Part shown: piece after piece, positions 1 to 11,508 of the stretch
Numbering within the stretch: the stretch's first letter is position 1
How the letters are laid out: each line of letters begins with the position of its first letter
Assembly (NCBI GenBank): GCA_016868575.1
Contig: VGGL01000006.1
Coordinates: 1 to 56,008, forward strand
Length of the DNA stretch: 56,008 nt
Reading direction: 5' to 3'
Source: Bacteroidota bacterium
GTDB taxonomy: Bacteria; Bacteroidota; Bacteroidia; Bacteroidales; FEN-979
Position numbers and translations under genes: made by a program
The notes under the pieces: model-generated
What the model saw: the letters and a program-made list of their open reading frames with translations, nothing else
Databases searched by the model: none
Told to the model about the DNA's origin: nothing

Positions 1-1
1 T

Positions 2-1135
2 CCTGTAAATACAGCAGTGCATCTCACCGGAACATCAGAACCCTACACCCTTTACAAGGCTTTTACCGGACGAAAGACCATCCCGCATGGCGGTTTTGCC
101 GGTGAATCAGAACCATCCTTTCTGCAGAAAATCGCCCGTTCGGTCAGAGGTAATCTATTTATTCCCGATGCAAGGATCGGTTGGAACAAGTATGCTTTGA
201 AGGAAGCGGAAAAACTCCTGAACAAGCAAGATATTGCAGCCATCGTGACAACCAGTCCGCCACATTCGACACAACTGGCGGGTTTGACATTAAAGAAAAA
301 GTTCAACATTCCCTGGATTGCCGATCTCAGGGATCCCTGGACTGACATCTATTTCTACCGGTATTTTTACCATCTGCCATGGGCCCGAAAAAAAGATGCA
401 AGGCTCGAAAAAACAGTTATTGATTATGCCGATAAGGTGATTGTGGTGAGTGAAGATATGAAGAAGATGTTCCTGAAAAAATCCATTTATCTGAATCCTG
501 ACAAGATCAAAGTGATCCCCAACGGGTATGATGAAGAGGATTTCGCGCTGCAGGCTGAACCGAAAAAAGACCACCTTCTCCTAACCTATACCGGCACCTT
601 GTCTCCAGACTATGATATCCGTGCACTGATCCAGGCCTTGGTTAAACTTCAACGCAAATATCCTTCCATCCCCTTCAGGTTCAGAATCATCGGCCATGTT
701 TCTGACCAATGGATCAAAGCCATCCGGAAGCAAGGATTGGAGCCTGTTCTTGATCTCATTCCTTACCAGCCCCACCAGGACGTCATCAGGTACATGAAAG
801 AAAGTCATACCTTGTTGCTGGTCATTCCAAAAGTTGACAACAATCGGGGCATCGTAACCGGAAAATTATTTGAATACCTTGCCGCCCGTCGTCCCATCCT
901 TTGCATTGGGCCGGAAGAGGGAGATGCGGCACACATCATCGAACGCTGCCAGGCCGGCGAAACGGTTGGATATGAAAAAACCGACCGGATTGTCTTCTTT
1001 TTTGAATCGCTGATTGAGCAATGGAAAGCAAAGAATCCCATGGAAGTCAAATCACAGATATATCAGAAATACGAACGAAAAGAGCTGACCCGCCTGCTGG
1101 CAGATACGATCAACCGGATACTTCCGGCTCAATGA
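2..1135 (+). CDS. Glycosyltransferase family 4 (GT-B) protein, 5' end outside window
   Basis: Frame is open from base 2. Motifs TTSPPHS, DLRDPW, IPNGYD, YTGTL and GKLFEYLAARRPIL are typical of GT4 enzymes. Confidence 0.85.
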   Translation, partial: PVNTAVHLTGTSEPYTLYKAFTGRKTIPHGGFAGESEPSFLQKIARSVRGNLFIPDARIGWNKYALKEAEKLLNKQDIAAIVTTSPPHSTQLAGLTLKKKFNIPWIADLRDPWTDIYFYRYFYHLPWARKKDARLEKTVIDYADKVIVVSEDMKKMFLKKSIYLNPDKIKVIPNGYDEEDFALQAEPKKDHLLLTYTGTLSPDYDIRALIQALVKLQRKYPSIPFRFRIIGHVSDQWIKAIRKQGLEPVLDLIPYQPHQDVIRYMKESHTLLLVIPKVDNNRGIVTGKLFEYLAARRPILCIGPEEGDAAHIIERCQAGETVGYEKTDRIVFFFESLIEQWKAKNPMEVKSQIYQKYERKELTRLLADTINRILPAQ

Positions 1136-2483
1136 TCTCTGCCCTTTGGGGGATGATCACCTTTTTCTTCCAACGCCCCGACTTATAATAGATGTATGAC
1201 AGGATGGTTCCAATCACCCAGGCAATGGGTATGGCCCACCAGATACCGGTGATACCCACACCGGGAAGGCCGGAAAGGAAAAATGCCAGCGGGATGCGGA
1301 TTACCCAGAGAGAGAACAGGGTGATAAACATGGGAATGATGGTATCGCCTGCTCCCCGCATTACTGCTCCGACAATGAACATGGCTGAAAAGACGCTATA
1401 GAAGGAACCGACGATCAGCAGGTAATCGTTTCCGATAGCAATGACCTCTTCATCCGGAGTGAACACCGACATCATCGAGCCACCAAAAAAAACAGCAAAA
1501 AATGAGATGATCAGGGAGAGCACAGAGGTCATCAAAAGCGTAGCCCGAAGACCCGTCCGGACCCTTTGAGGTTTGTTGGCGCCAAGATTTTGCCCGACAA
1601 AAGATGACAAAGCGGCAGCGAAACTCATGGCCGGTAAAGAAGCAAAGGAATCGATCCGGCCGGCCACACTGTAGGCGGCATTGGTTTCAAGACCAAACTG
1701 GTTGACGATGCTATACAAGGCCATCATCCCCAGTGCGACGAAGGTTTGCTGAAATCCTGTGGGCAGCCCGATGCGGATGATCTTGCTGAAAATATGTGGT
1801 GTGAAAGTCAGCTCTTTCCAGGTAAACTTTAATAAGGAGTGATACTTATTTAAATACCAGATGATCCCAATAAAAATCACCGCCTCGGAGATAACCGTAG
1901 CGAGGGCAGCCCCGGTGATTCCCCATTTGAAAACGATCACGAACAGCAAGGCGAGGAATATATTCATCAATGTGCTGGCAATCAGAAAATACAAGGGGGT
2001 TTTGGAGTCGCCAAGCCCACGAAGTACCGCACTGGTGCCATTGAATCCGAAAAGAAAGATAAGACCGATAAAATAAACGTTCAGGAAGAGTTTGGCTTGG
2101 GGAATGGCCGCCTCCGGCAGGTCAATCAGCCTGAAAACAGCTTCACTGAAGATGATCCCAAGGATACTGATAACAATGGAGGCAAAGAAGAGGAAGACGT
2201 ACATGGTGTTCACCGTCTTCTTCACATTTTCAAAATCCCTGGCGCCATAATACTGAGCCACCACGATGGTTGAGCCGATCGACAAACCGATCATGAAAGA
2301 GATCATGGCAAAAATGATGGGGAAGCTGGTCCCGACAGCTACCAGGGCTTCTTTACCGATATAATGCCCAACAATGATGCTGTCAATGACATTATATAGC
2401 TGTTGGAAAACATTGCCCAGCAACATAGGTATCGAAAAGCTGAGTATCAGCCGTGCTTCATTTCCCTGGGTGAGATCTTTCAA
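1110..2483 (-). CDS. MATE family efflux transporter
   Basis: N-terminal DLTQG..PMLLGNVFQQLYNVIDSIIVG, RGLGDSKTPL, VGQNLGA and RGAGDT, about 12 TM segments. TTG start; overlaps the GT4 gene convergently by 26 bp. Confidence 0.93.
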   Translation of the reverse strand: MKDLTQGNEARLILSFSIPMLLGNVFQQLYNVIDSIIVGHYIGKEALVAVGTSFPIIFAMISFMIGLSIGSTIVVAQYYGARDFENVKKTVNTMYVFLFFASIVISILGIIFSEAVFRLIDLPEAAIPQAKLFLNVYFIGLIFLFGFNGTSAVLRGLGDSKTPLYFLIASTLMNIFLALLFVIVFKWGITGAALATVISEAVIFIGIIWYLNKYHSLLKFTWKELTFTPHIFSKIIRIGLPTGFQQTFVALGMMALYSIVNQFGLETNAAYSVAGRIDSFASLPAMSFAAALSSFVGQNLGANKPQRVRTGLRATLLMTSVLSLIISFFAVFFGGSMMSVFTPDEEVIAIGNDYLLIVGSFYSVFSAMFIVGAVMRGAGDTIIPMFITLFSLWVIRIPLAFFLSGLPGVGITGIWWAIPIAWVIGTILSYIYYKSGRWKKKVIIPQRAEIIEPEVSG

Positions 2484-2510
2484 GGTATTGTCCCGGCATT
2501 TTCAAGTCGG

Positions 2511-2518
2511 CAAAGGTA
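2511..2518 (-). promoter_or_regulatory. Bacteroidota -7 promoter element (TACCTTTG) for the MATE gene
   Basis: Exact TAnnTTTG match 27 bp upstream of the TTG start. Confidence 0.65.
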
Positions 2519-2557
2519 GTGACAATCTTTAAGCCGAAGGAAGACCCGATTTATGCG

Positions 2558-2565
2558 TATCTTTG
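2558..2565 (+). promoter_or_regulatory. Bacteroidota -7 promoter element (TATCTTTG) for rnpB
   Basis: Exact TAnnTTTG match ending 6 bp before the predicted P1 helix of RNase P RNA. Confidence 0.75.
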
Positions 2566-2571
2566 CAGACT

Positions 2572-2942
2572 GGTAGTCCGTTCCATCGCTCCGGGAAACC
2601 GGGGAGGAAAGTCGGGACAGCACAGAGCGCCATACTTCCTAACAGGAAGGTCTCCTGCAAGGGGGAACAGAGAGTGCCACAGAAAACTACCGCCCTGAAC
2701 ATTCGGGGTAAGGGTGAAAACGTGAGGTAAGAGCTCACGACGCAGGCAGGCGACTGCCGGCGGGGGTAAACCTTATGGGCTGCAAGACCGCGTATATCCC
2801 GGTATCCTTAGGGATCTCAGGTTGCTCGCCTGATGCTTCGGCTGCGGGAGGGGTAGGTTGCTAAAGCCGGCTGGTGACATCCGGTTCAGATAAATGATGG
2901 AATGCTGCCCTGCAGCAACAGAATCCCGCTTACAGGACTACC
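2572..2942 (+). ncRNA. rnpB: RNase P RNA, bacterial class A
   Basis: GAGGAAAGTC (2604-2613), AGTGCCACAGAAA, GGGTGAAA, GGTAAGAGC, AGATAAATGA and ACAGAAtcccGCTTA are present. P1 is GGTAGTCC/GGACTACC. P4 AAGTCGGGA (2609-2617) pairs with TCCCGCTT (2924-2931) around the bulged U. Confidence 0.96.
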
Positions 2943-2945
2943 CCC

Positions 2946-2978
2946 GGAAGCCCGGTGTTATTCATCGGGTTTCTGTTT
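2946..2978 (+). terminator. Probable intrinsic terminator of rnpB
   Basis: Hairpin GGAAGCCCGGTG-ttatt-CATCGGGTTTCT followed by GTTT, immediately after rnpB. Confidence 0.65.
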
Positions 2979-3099
2979 AAGATAATAACCTGTTCATCCT
3001 TCCGTTATTAAAAAGATGCTGTTAATAAGTATTTCATTCCATAAAAATCGACCTGCCCGGAATTGGTAATTTTACCGGCTTTTTAAGGATATTATACCT

Positions 3100-6000
3100 A
3101 TGCCGCGACTGATCAGCAGATCCCTGCACGCCATTTTCATTTTTCTCCTGCCCTGGGTTGCTTTATCCCAGCAAACAGCAGTATTTGATGACCCGGAACA
3201 TCTCTATCAGAAAGGGATCGAGTTGTTTCTTCATGAAAAATTCACCGCTGCCCGGCAGGTATTTGAAAAAGTGTCTGCAACCCCTGAAATTTCTCCATTT
3301 CTGCACGCTGAATCAAATTACCACCTTGCAGCCTGCGCCGCAGAACTGACCCATGAAGATGTCATCCACTTATTGCGAAACTTTATCCGGGATTATCCCG
3401 ACAGCAAAAGGAGCGAATATGCGCATTTCCTCATCGGCCGCTCTTACTTCAGAAGCAAGAACTTCAAGAATGCACTCGAAAACTTTGAAGAAATCGATAC
3501 CCGGAGTCTGAACAACCAGGACCTGGCCGGTTTCTACTATATGAAAGGATTCTGTCTGCTTCAGCAAGATGACTTCGATAAAGCGCAACGCCATTTTTCA
3601 CAGGTCATCAATACCCAGACGATCTATGCGATTCCGGCAACCTATTATAATGCCTATATCTATTATGAAAAGCGGAACTTCGCCAGTGCACTCAAAGGTT
3701 TTGAACAGGTAAAAAATGAAAATGAGTTCAATAAAACGGTTCCCTATTATATCGCCCAATGCCATTATAACCTTGGACACCTGGATGAATTCATTGCTAC
3801 CGCATCATCCATGTATGATAATGCCCCCAAAGGAGATAAAAAGAAGAGTGAACTTGGCAAACTGCTTGGACATGTGTACTTCCGGAAAGGAGAATATACC
3901 AAGGCGGCCGAATATTACAGCGAATCTTTATCAACCCAATCGAAACCAACCTCAAACGAACAGTACGAACTTGCCTATTCCTACTTCATGAATGATCAAT
4001 TCCAGGAGGCCATTCCCGCTTTCCAGCCGCTGACGTTTGGTCAGGATACGCTTGCGCAACTTGCAAATTATTACCTCGGTTGCTGTTACATCAAAACGGA
4101 TCAGAAGCAATATGCTTACAAGGCCTTCAGCAACGCTTCAAAGGTTGCTTTCAATCAAGGAATCCATGAAGAGTCGGTGTTCAATACAGCCAAACTGTCT
4201 TATGAACTGGCCTTTAATCCATATAATGAAACCGTTGAGTTGCTCCGGGATTTCATTCGACAATTTCCCTCCAGCCAAAGGATCGATGAAGCCCATTCCT
4301 ATCTGGTCAATATTTTCCTGAATACCAGAAACTACAAGGAGGCTCTCGAAATAATCCCCTTACTGAAATCAGATGATACGGGTCTTTTAAAAGCAATCCT
4401 GCAAATCTATTATTTCAGGGCTACGGAGTTATTCAATGAAGCCCGTTTTCAGGAAGCCATCGAACTGTATAAGAAGTGTTATGAAACGTCCCAGCGGCCA
4501 GGTGCCAAACCGGAGGGCTTCCTTCCGGAAGATTGCCTGTTCTGGATAGGGGAATCGTTTTCAAGAACCGGAAACCAGTGGAGTACCATTAAATACCTGA
4601 AAGAATTCATCAACTCAGCAAAAGCAAAACAATCAGTTAACTATCCCATCGCATATTACTCACTTGGTTATGCCTCTTTCCACCGAAAAGAGTTCGCACC
4701 GGCATTGGATCACTTTATCAACTTCCTGAAAAATCCCGGGAAAGCAGATCAGGTAATGATCGCTGACGCCACGCTCCGTAAAGCCGATTGCTTCATGATG
4801 CAAAAGAATTATCCGGAAGCTATCCCGGCATACCAGGAAGCTATCCGGATGCGTTCGGCTGACAAGGATTACGCCTTGCTGCAGCTTGCCAACACATACG
4901 GAGCAACCGGTGATATCAGGATGAAGATCAAAACCCTGGCTGAGTTGATCTCCAGTCATCCCAAATCCAAGATCATTCCGGAGGCTATTTATGAGCTGGG
5001 CATCTCTTACATGCTGTTGAGGGACAATAACAAAGCGATAGAGAGCTTCCAGGAGATTTTCACCAATTATAAAAATTCAGGCTATGTGCCAAGAGCCTTG
5101 CTCAAGACAGGCATCATACAGTACAACAACGACCAGCTGGTTGCTGCCGCGAACACATTCAAACAAGTGATCAGGGAATTTGCAGGAACGCAGGAAGCCG
5201 TTGAAGCGCTTGCGAGTTACCGCAATATTTCACTCGAAACCAATAAAGTAAATGAATTCCTGGAGTTCACCAAAGATATTCCTTCAGCAAATCTCAGTAC
5301 CGCTACCAAAGATTCCTTGTTGTACATGGCTGCCGAGAACCGGTTTATGGATGGAAAATGCGATGAAGCCCGGAAAGGTTTTACCGATTATATGCAGCAA
5401 TTCTCCAGGGGAACTTTCATCATCAGCGCCCGTTATTACCTGGCAGAGTGCGACTATGCCAAACCGGCTTACGCAGAGGCGCTCCGTGGTTACAAATTCG
5501 TGGCTGATAAACCCACCAACAGTTTCAGCGAAAATGCCTTGTCAAAGGTGGCCGGCATCTACTTGTCTGACAAGAAATATGACTCGGCCGCCTATTATTT
5601 CACCCGGCTCGAAACGGTTGCTTCCTCTCCATCCAAACTGACCGATGCCCACGCCGGACTGATGAGAAGCCATTTTCTCTCAGGAAATTTCAATTTGGCA
5701 ACCACCAACGCCAAAAAACTGCTTGACAACGAGAAGACATCAGATAAACTTCGCTCCGAGGCTCTCCTCATCTCCGGCAAATCAGCGATGCAAACAGGGA
5801 ACTTCACTTCAGCTGCTGAATATTTCAGAAGTATCCTGAAAGGTGCCCGGAATGAAAATGCTGCGGAGAGTTTATATTACCTCGCCCTCATTGAGTTCAA
5901 CAACAATAACCTCAAGGAATCGGAAAAGCTCTGCTTCCAACTGATCCGTGAGTATGGTTCTTTCGACACCTGGGTGGCCAAAAGCTTCATCCTGCTGGCT

Positions 6001-6174
6001 GATGTGTATTCCAAATCCGGTAATATCTATCAGGCCAAACAAACCCTGATGAGCATCATCGAAAACCATGAAGGCTCCGATCTGGTCAACGAAGCCAGGG
6101 AAAAGCTCAAACAGATCGAATCCCTGGAAAAACCGGCAGAGAATAATACACCTTCAAACCCTGATGAGGAATGA
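3100..6174 (+). CDS. Exported 1024 aa tetratricopeptide-repeat protein
   Basis: Signal peptide ending VALS|QQ. TPR-like helical repeats (e.g. AYYSLGYASF, AIYELGISY, SLYYLALIEF) run the whole length. Confidence 0.88.
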   Translation: MPRLISRSLHAIFIFLLPWVALSQQTAVFDDPEHLYQKGIELFLHEKFTAARQVFEKVSATPEISPFLHAESNYHLAACAAELTHEDVIHLLRNFIRDYPDSKRSEYAHFLIGRSYFRSKNFKNALENFEEIDTRSLNNQDLAGFYYMKGFCLLQQDDFDKAQRHFSQVINTQTIYAIPATYYNAYIYYEKRNFASALKGFEQVKNENEFNKTVPYYIAQCHYNLGHLDEFIATASSMYDNAPKGDKKKSELGKLLGHVYFRKGEYTKAAEYYSESLSTQSKPTSNEQYELAYSYFMNDQFQEAIPAFQPLTFGQDTLAQLANYYLGCCYIKTDQKQYAYKAFSNASKVAFNQGIHEESVFNTAKLSYELAFNPYNETVELLRDFIRQFPSSQRIDEAHSYLVNIFLNTRNYKEALEIIPLLKSDDTGLLKAILQIYYFRATELFNEARFQEAIELYKKCYETSQRPGAKPEGFLPEDCLFWIGESFSRTGNQWSTIKYLKEFINSAKAKQSVNYPIAYYSLGYASFHRKEFAPALDHFINFLKNPGKADQVMIADATLRKADCFMMQKNYPEAIPAYQEAIRMRSADKDYALLQLANTYGATGDIRMKIKTLAELISSHPKSKIIPEAIYELGISYMLLRDNNKAIESFQEIFTNYKNSGYVPRALLKTGIIQYNNDQLVAAANTFKQVIREFAGTQEAVEALASYRNISLETNKVNEFLEFTKDIPSANLSTATKDSLLYMAAENRFMDGKCDEARKGFTDYMQQFSRGTFIISARYYLAECDYAKPAYAEALRGYKFVADKPTNSFSENALSKVAGIYLSDKKYDSAAYYFTRLETVASSPSKLTDAHAGLMRSHFLSGNFNLATTNAKKLLDNEKTSDKLRSEALLISGKSAMQTGNFTSAAEYFRSILKGARNENAAESLYYLALIEFNNNNLKESEKLCFQLIREYGSFDTWVAKSFILLADVYSKSGNIYQAKQTLMSIIENHEGSDLVNEAREKLKQIESLEKPAENNTPSNPDEE

Positions 6175-6200
6175 GCACATTCAGACCCAATATAGCATTG

Positions 6201-7964
6201 ATGAAAAACAGTATCTTCACCCTTTCCATGATGCTGGTTTCGATGGTGTTGACAGGTAATGCTGTGGTAGCCCAACAACAAAAGAAATCAGAAGAAATCA
6301 CGGTCGTTGCACCCTATGAGCCAACGATTGGAGATGCACAGAAGATCACCATCAACCCCAATCTCGAACCGCCAAAGATTGAAAAACTTCAACCTATTTA
6401 TAATGTCAGGCCGGTAAAACCTGACCTTCGGGTTAGTTCTTCCACCCTCCCGCTGCAGATGGTGCACCGCGAAGATTATTCAAAGCTCTTCGGCAATTAC
6501 CTGAAAGCCGGCTTCGGGAATTACCTGACCCCCCTGGCAGAGATATACCTGACCAATAACCGCTCAAAAAAATACATGTTCGGATTGCAGGCCAATCACC
6601 TCTCTTCCAATCATCGGATCAAGCATTATCCATACAGCGGGTTCAGCGATAACCAGGCTTCAATATTTGGAAAAACATTCCTGGAGAAAAAGTTTGCCCT
6701 GGGCGGCGACCTTGGATTTAATCGCCATGTAGTCCATTTCTATGGCCTTGCACCAACGATTCCCGGAAGAGATACCCTCGCCGATTTGCCCAAAAAACAG
6801 ATCCGGCAACGGGTGACGCAATTTTATCTGAATGCAGGATTTGAGAAAATCAATGAGAAATCCGGAAAGCCCTGGTACGATTTGCGGGTAGGATATTATT
6901 ATCTGTTCGATTATGATGATGCCAACGAACACCTCACAACCCTCTTATCAGGCTTGGATTTTCCAATCCACCTGTTCGGACAGGAAGAAATGGAACACAT
7001 CGGCGCAAGGATTGAGGCCGACTACCATCATTTTTCATTCAATACCCGAAATCTCAACAATGCCGGTGCTTTCGTGATCAAGCCATATCTTTCAGCCACC
7101 TTCTTTGACCTGCTCAATATCAAGGCTGGGTTTAATTCATTTTTTGAATTCGATGCCGTTACTAAGTTCTATCTCTTCCCCTCCCTGGACATGTCTGTCA
7201 AGGCATATGACCAGATTATTATCCTGAAAGGAAGCTTCAGTGGAGAAATCAAGAATCACTATTTCAGTGACCTCTTCCAGGTCAATCCATTCATCGTCTC
7301 TGATATCCCGATGGTGAGAGAAAGTCAGAAGGTGAAGGGAATGTTTTCTGTTTGTGGAACCATTGCCGGAAAATTCAGTTATGACCTTGGTGTTTCCTAC
7401 CTGTACGCTGATAACTACCCTTTCTTTGTGACAGATACCACCTCCTTCCTTAAAAACAGGTTTACCCTGGCTTTCGACGATCAGGTGCAGGCGCTTGACG
7501 GCCATGCGGTATTCTCCCTGTTTGATCAATCCGGGCTTGACCTGTCACTCGAAATAAACTACCATCATTATGTTACCGATGAACTGAAACCCTGGTATAA
7601 ACCGGCCCTTGATGGAAAGCTATCCGGCAGGTACACCTTGTTTAATAAACTGAATCTCAAAGCCATCGTCATTGGTTATACCGACATGTACGACCGGATA
7701 TTTGTTAAAGAACCAGGAAGCGGGCAGATCCGGAAGGACTACCAAACCCTCAGGGGAGTTGTGGGTATCAACCTGGGAGCTGAGTACCGGATCAATAAAG
7801 CGTTGGGAATTTTCGTTGAACTCAACAACCTCATCAATTCAAGGTATTACCGCTGGGCGGCCTATCCCTCCCAAAAGCTCAATTTCCTTGCTGGTATTAA
7901 CTTTTCCATCATTCCTGACCTGAAAGGGAACCGTGAAGCAATCCGCCTTGATCAGGCTTATTGA
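6201..7964 (+). CDS. Outer-membrane beta-barrel protein, TonB-dependent-receptor-like (alternative start 6171)
   Basis: Signal peptide MKNSIF..VVA|QQQ and TonB-box-like EEITVV. Amphipathic beta-strands, plus a TBDR-like C-terminal INLGAEYR..FVELNNLIN..Y..W..YP..LNFLAGINF. Confidence 0.75.
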   Translation: MKNSIFTLSMMLVSMVLTGNAVVAQQQKKSEEITVVAPYEPTIGDAQKITINPNLEPPKIEKLQPIYNVRPVKPDLRVSSSTLPLQMVHREDYSKLFGNYLKAGFGNYLTPLAEIYLTNNRSKKYMFGLQANHLSSNHRIKHYPYSGFSDNQASIFGKTFLEKKFALGGDLGFNRHVVHFYGLAPTIPGRDTLADLPKKQIRQRVTQFYLNAGFEKINEKSGKPWYDLRVGYYYLFDYDDANEHLTTLLSGLDFPIHLFGQEEMEHIGARIEADYHHFSFNTRNLNNAGAFVIKPYLSATFFDLLNIKAGFNSFFEFDAVTKFYLFPSLDMSVKAYDQIIILKGSFSGEIKNHYFSDLFQVNPFIVSDIPMVRESQKVKGMFSVCGTIAGKFSYDLGVSYLYADNYPFFVTDTTSFLKNRFTLAFDDQVQALDGHAVFSLFDQSGLDLSLEINYHHYVTDELKPWYKPALDGKLSGRYTLFNKLNLKAIVIGYTDMYDRIFVKEPGSGQIRKDYQTLRGVVGINLGAEYRINKALGIFVELNNLINSRYYRWAAYPSQKLNFLAGINFSIIPDLKGNREAIRLDQAY

Positions 7965-8039
7965 CATGCTTTCGTAAATTGTTAATAAATTCCTTGATTT
8001 TCCTTGCATTTTCATGCTTTCCAACTGAAATTTTTTTCG

Positions 8040-8047
8040 TAATTTTG
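8040..8047 (+). promoter_or_regulatory. -7 promoter element (TAATTTTG) for gyrB
   Basis: Exact TAnnTTTG match 31 bp upstream of ATG 8079. Confidence 0.65.
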
Positions 8048-8063
8048 TTTGCCTGTTGATTGA

Positions 8064-10040
<1,977 letters not shown>

Positions 10041-10064
10041 TTGGTAGAAAATTGAATCTACCAA
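10041..10064. other. Inverted repeat TTGGTAGA-N8-TCTACCAA (gyrB terminator or operator of the efflux operon)
   Basis: Perfect 8 bp arms directly after the gyrB stop, followed by a T-rich tract. Confidence 0.4.
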
Positions 10065-10152
10065 ATTCATTTTCTCGTACTTTTACCTTCTTTTTCTTCC
10101 GTTAACCAATAATCGCTGCACAAAAACCGTTATTGCAGCAAACACAGTAACC

Positions 10153-11508
10153 ATGAAAAACAGGAAATACTTCCTCACTGGATTCGGTGTTATCATCCTG
10201 GCAATCATTCTCTATTTTTCTTTCGCGGGCAGATCCAAAGAACAGGAGATCACCGTGAAAGCTAAAAAAGGCCAGTTTGCCATTGAAGTCACAACAACCG
10301 GAGAACTCATCGCCAAACGCTCGGAAAAAATCTATGGTCCTGAGGGATTACGCCAAATCCAGATCTGGCAGGTCAAAATTCAAGATATTATTCCCGACGG
10401 AACCGTCGTGGATTCTGGTGATTTTGTTGCAACCCTTGACAGGACCGAGATCGCCAACAAGATCAAAGACGAGGAAAACAATGTCGAGAAACTGGAGTCT
10501 CAATTTACTAAAACCAAACTCGATACCTCATTAGAACTCCGGAACGCTCGCGATGAACTGATCAACCTCAAATATGCCATGGAGGAGGCGAAAATCACCA
10601 TGGAACAATCAAAATATGAACCTCCGGCCACCATTCGCCAGGTTCAGATTGACCTGGAAAAATCAGAAAGAGCACATGTTCAAGCTGAAAAAAATTATAA
10701 GCTGAGACTTCAGAAAGCCATTGCCACCATGCAGGAGGTTTCCGCTTCCTATTCTCAGGCGCAACGCAAGTTGGAACAACTCATGACTGTCCTTGGCCAG
10801 TTTTCCATCAAAGCGCCCAAAAGCGGGATGGTCGTTTACCGCCGCAGTTGGGATGGAAGTAAACAAGGTGTTGGTGCAACCCTTAACGCCTGGGATAATG
10901 TGGTTGCCGAACTCCCAGACCTGTCCCTCATGATCTCCAAAACATATGTCAACGAGATCGATATCAGTAAAGTCAAGGTTGGTCAAAAAGTCGAGATCGG
11001 CGTCGATGCCTTCCCTGAAAAAAAATTCACCGGAAAAGTCACTGAGGTTGCCAACATCGGAGAACAAATCCAGGGATCCAATGCCAAAGTGTTCGAAGTC
11101 AGTATTTTGGTTCATGAATTCGACTCTATCCTCCGGCCCGCTATGACCACAAAAAATGTGATCGAAACAGCCATTATCGACAGTGTTCTTTTTGTTCCCA
11201 TTGAAGCTGTCTTCAATAACGACAGCCTCAGCTTTGTCTACATGAGAGATGGACTTGGCGTTACCAAACAACAAGTAATCACTGGCGAAACAAATGAGAA
11301 CGAGATCATCATCCGGGCAGGGATGGAAGAAGGCGATGAAGTCATGCTGGTTCCACCGGAAGATGAAGATAAGATGAAGATCCAGCAGCTTGATAAAACC
11401 ATTATCGAGAAATTCAAAAAAGAGAAAGAAAAGAAGCAGGAACAAAAAACCGATCGAGACTCTGCAAGCCGTGGAAAGACTGACATACATATTCAACATC
11501 GCCCTTGA
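10153..11508 (+). CDS. Efflux periplasmic adaptor / membrane fusion protein (MacA/HlyD-like)
   Basis: N-terminal TM anchor, long coiled coil, IKAPKSGMVVY, VNEIDISKVKVGQ, LRPAMT. Confidence 0.88.
   Translation: MKNRKYFLTGFGVIILAIILYFSFAGRSKEQEITVKAKKGQFAIEVTTTGELIAKRSEKIYGPEGLRQIQIWQVKIQDIIPDGTVVDSGDFVATLDRTEIANKIKDEENNVEKLESQFTKTKLDTSLELRNARDELINLKYAMEEAKITMEQSKYEPPATIRQVQIDLEKSERAHVQAEKNYKLRLQKAIATMQEVSASYSQAQRKLEQLMTVLGQFSIKAPKSGMVVYRRSWDGSKQGVGATLNAWDNVVAELPDLSLMISKTYVNEIDISKVKVGQKVEIGVDAFPEKKFTGKVTEVANIGEQIQGSNAKVFEVSILVHEFDSILRPAMTTKNVIETAIIDSVLFVPIEAVFNNDSLSFVYMRDGLGVTKQQVITGETNENEIIIRAGMEEGDEVMLVPPEDEDKMKIQQLDKTIIEKFKKEKEKKQEQKTDRDSASRGKTDIHIQHRP

Noticed and set aside
2529-2738. 69 aa minus-strand ORF
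   Set aside because: It is an antisense shadow of rnpB.
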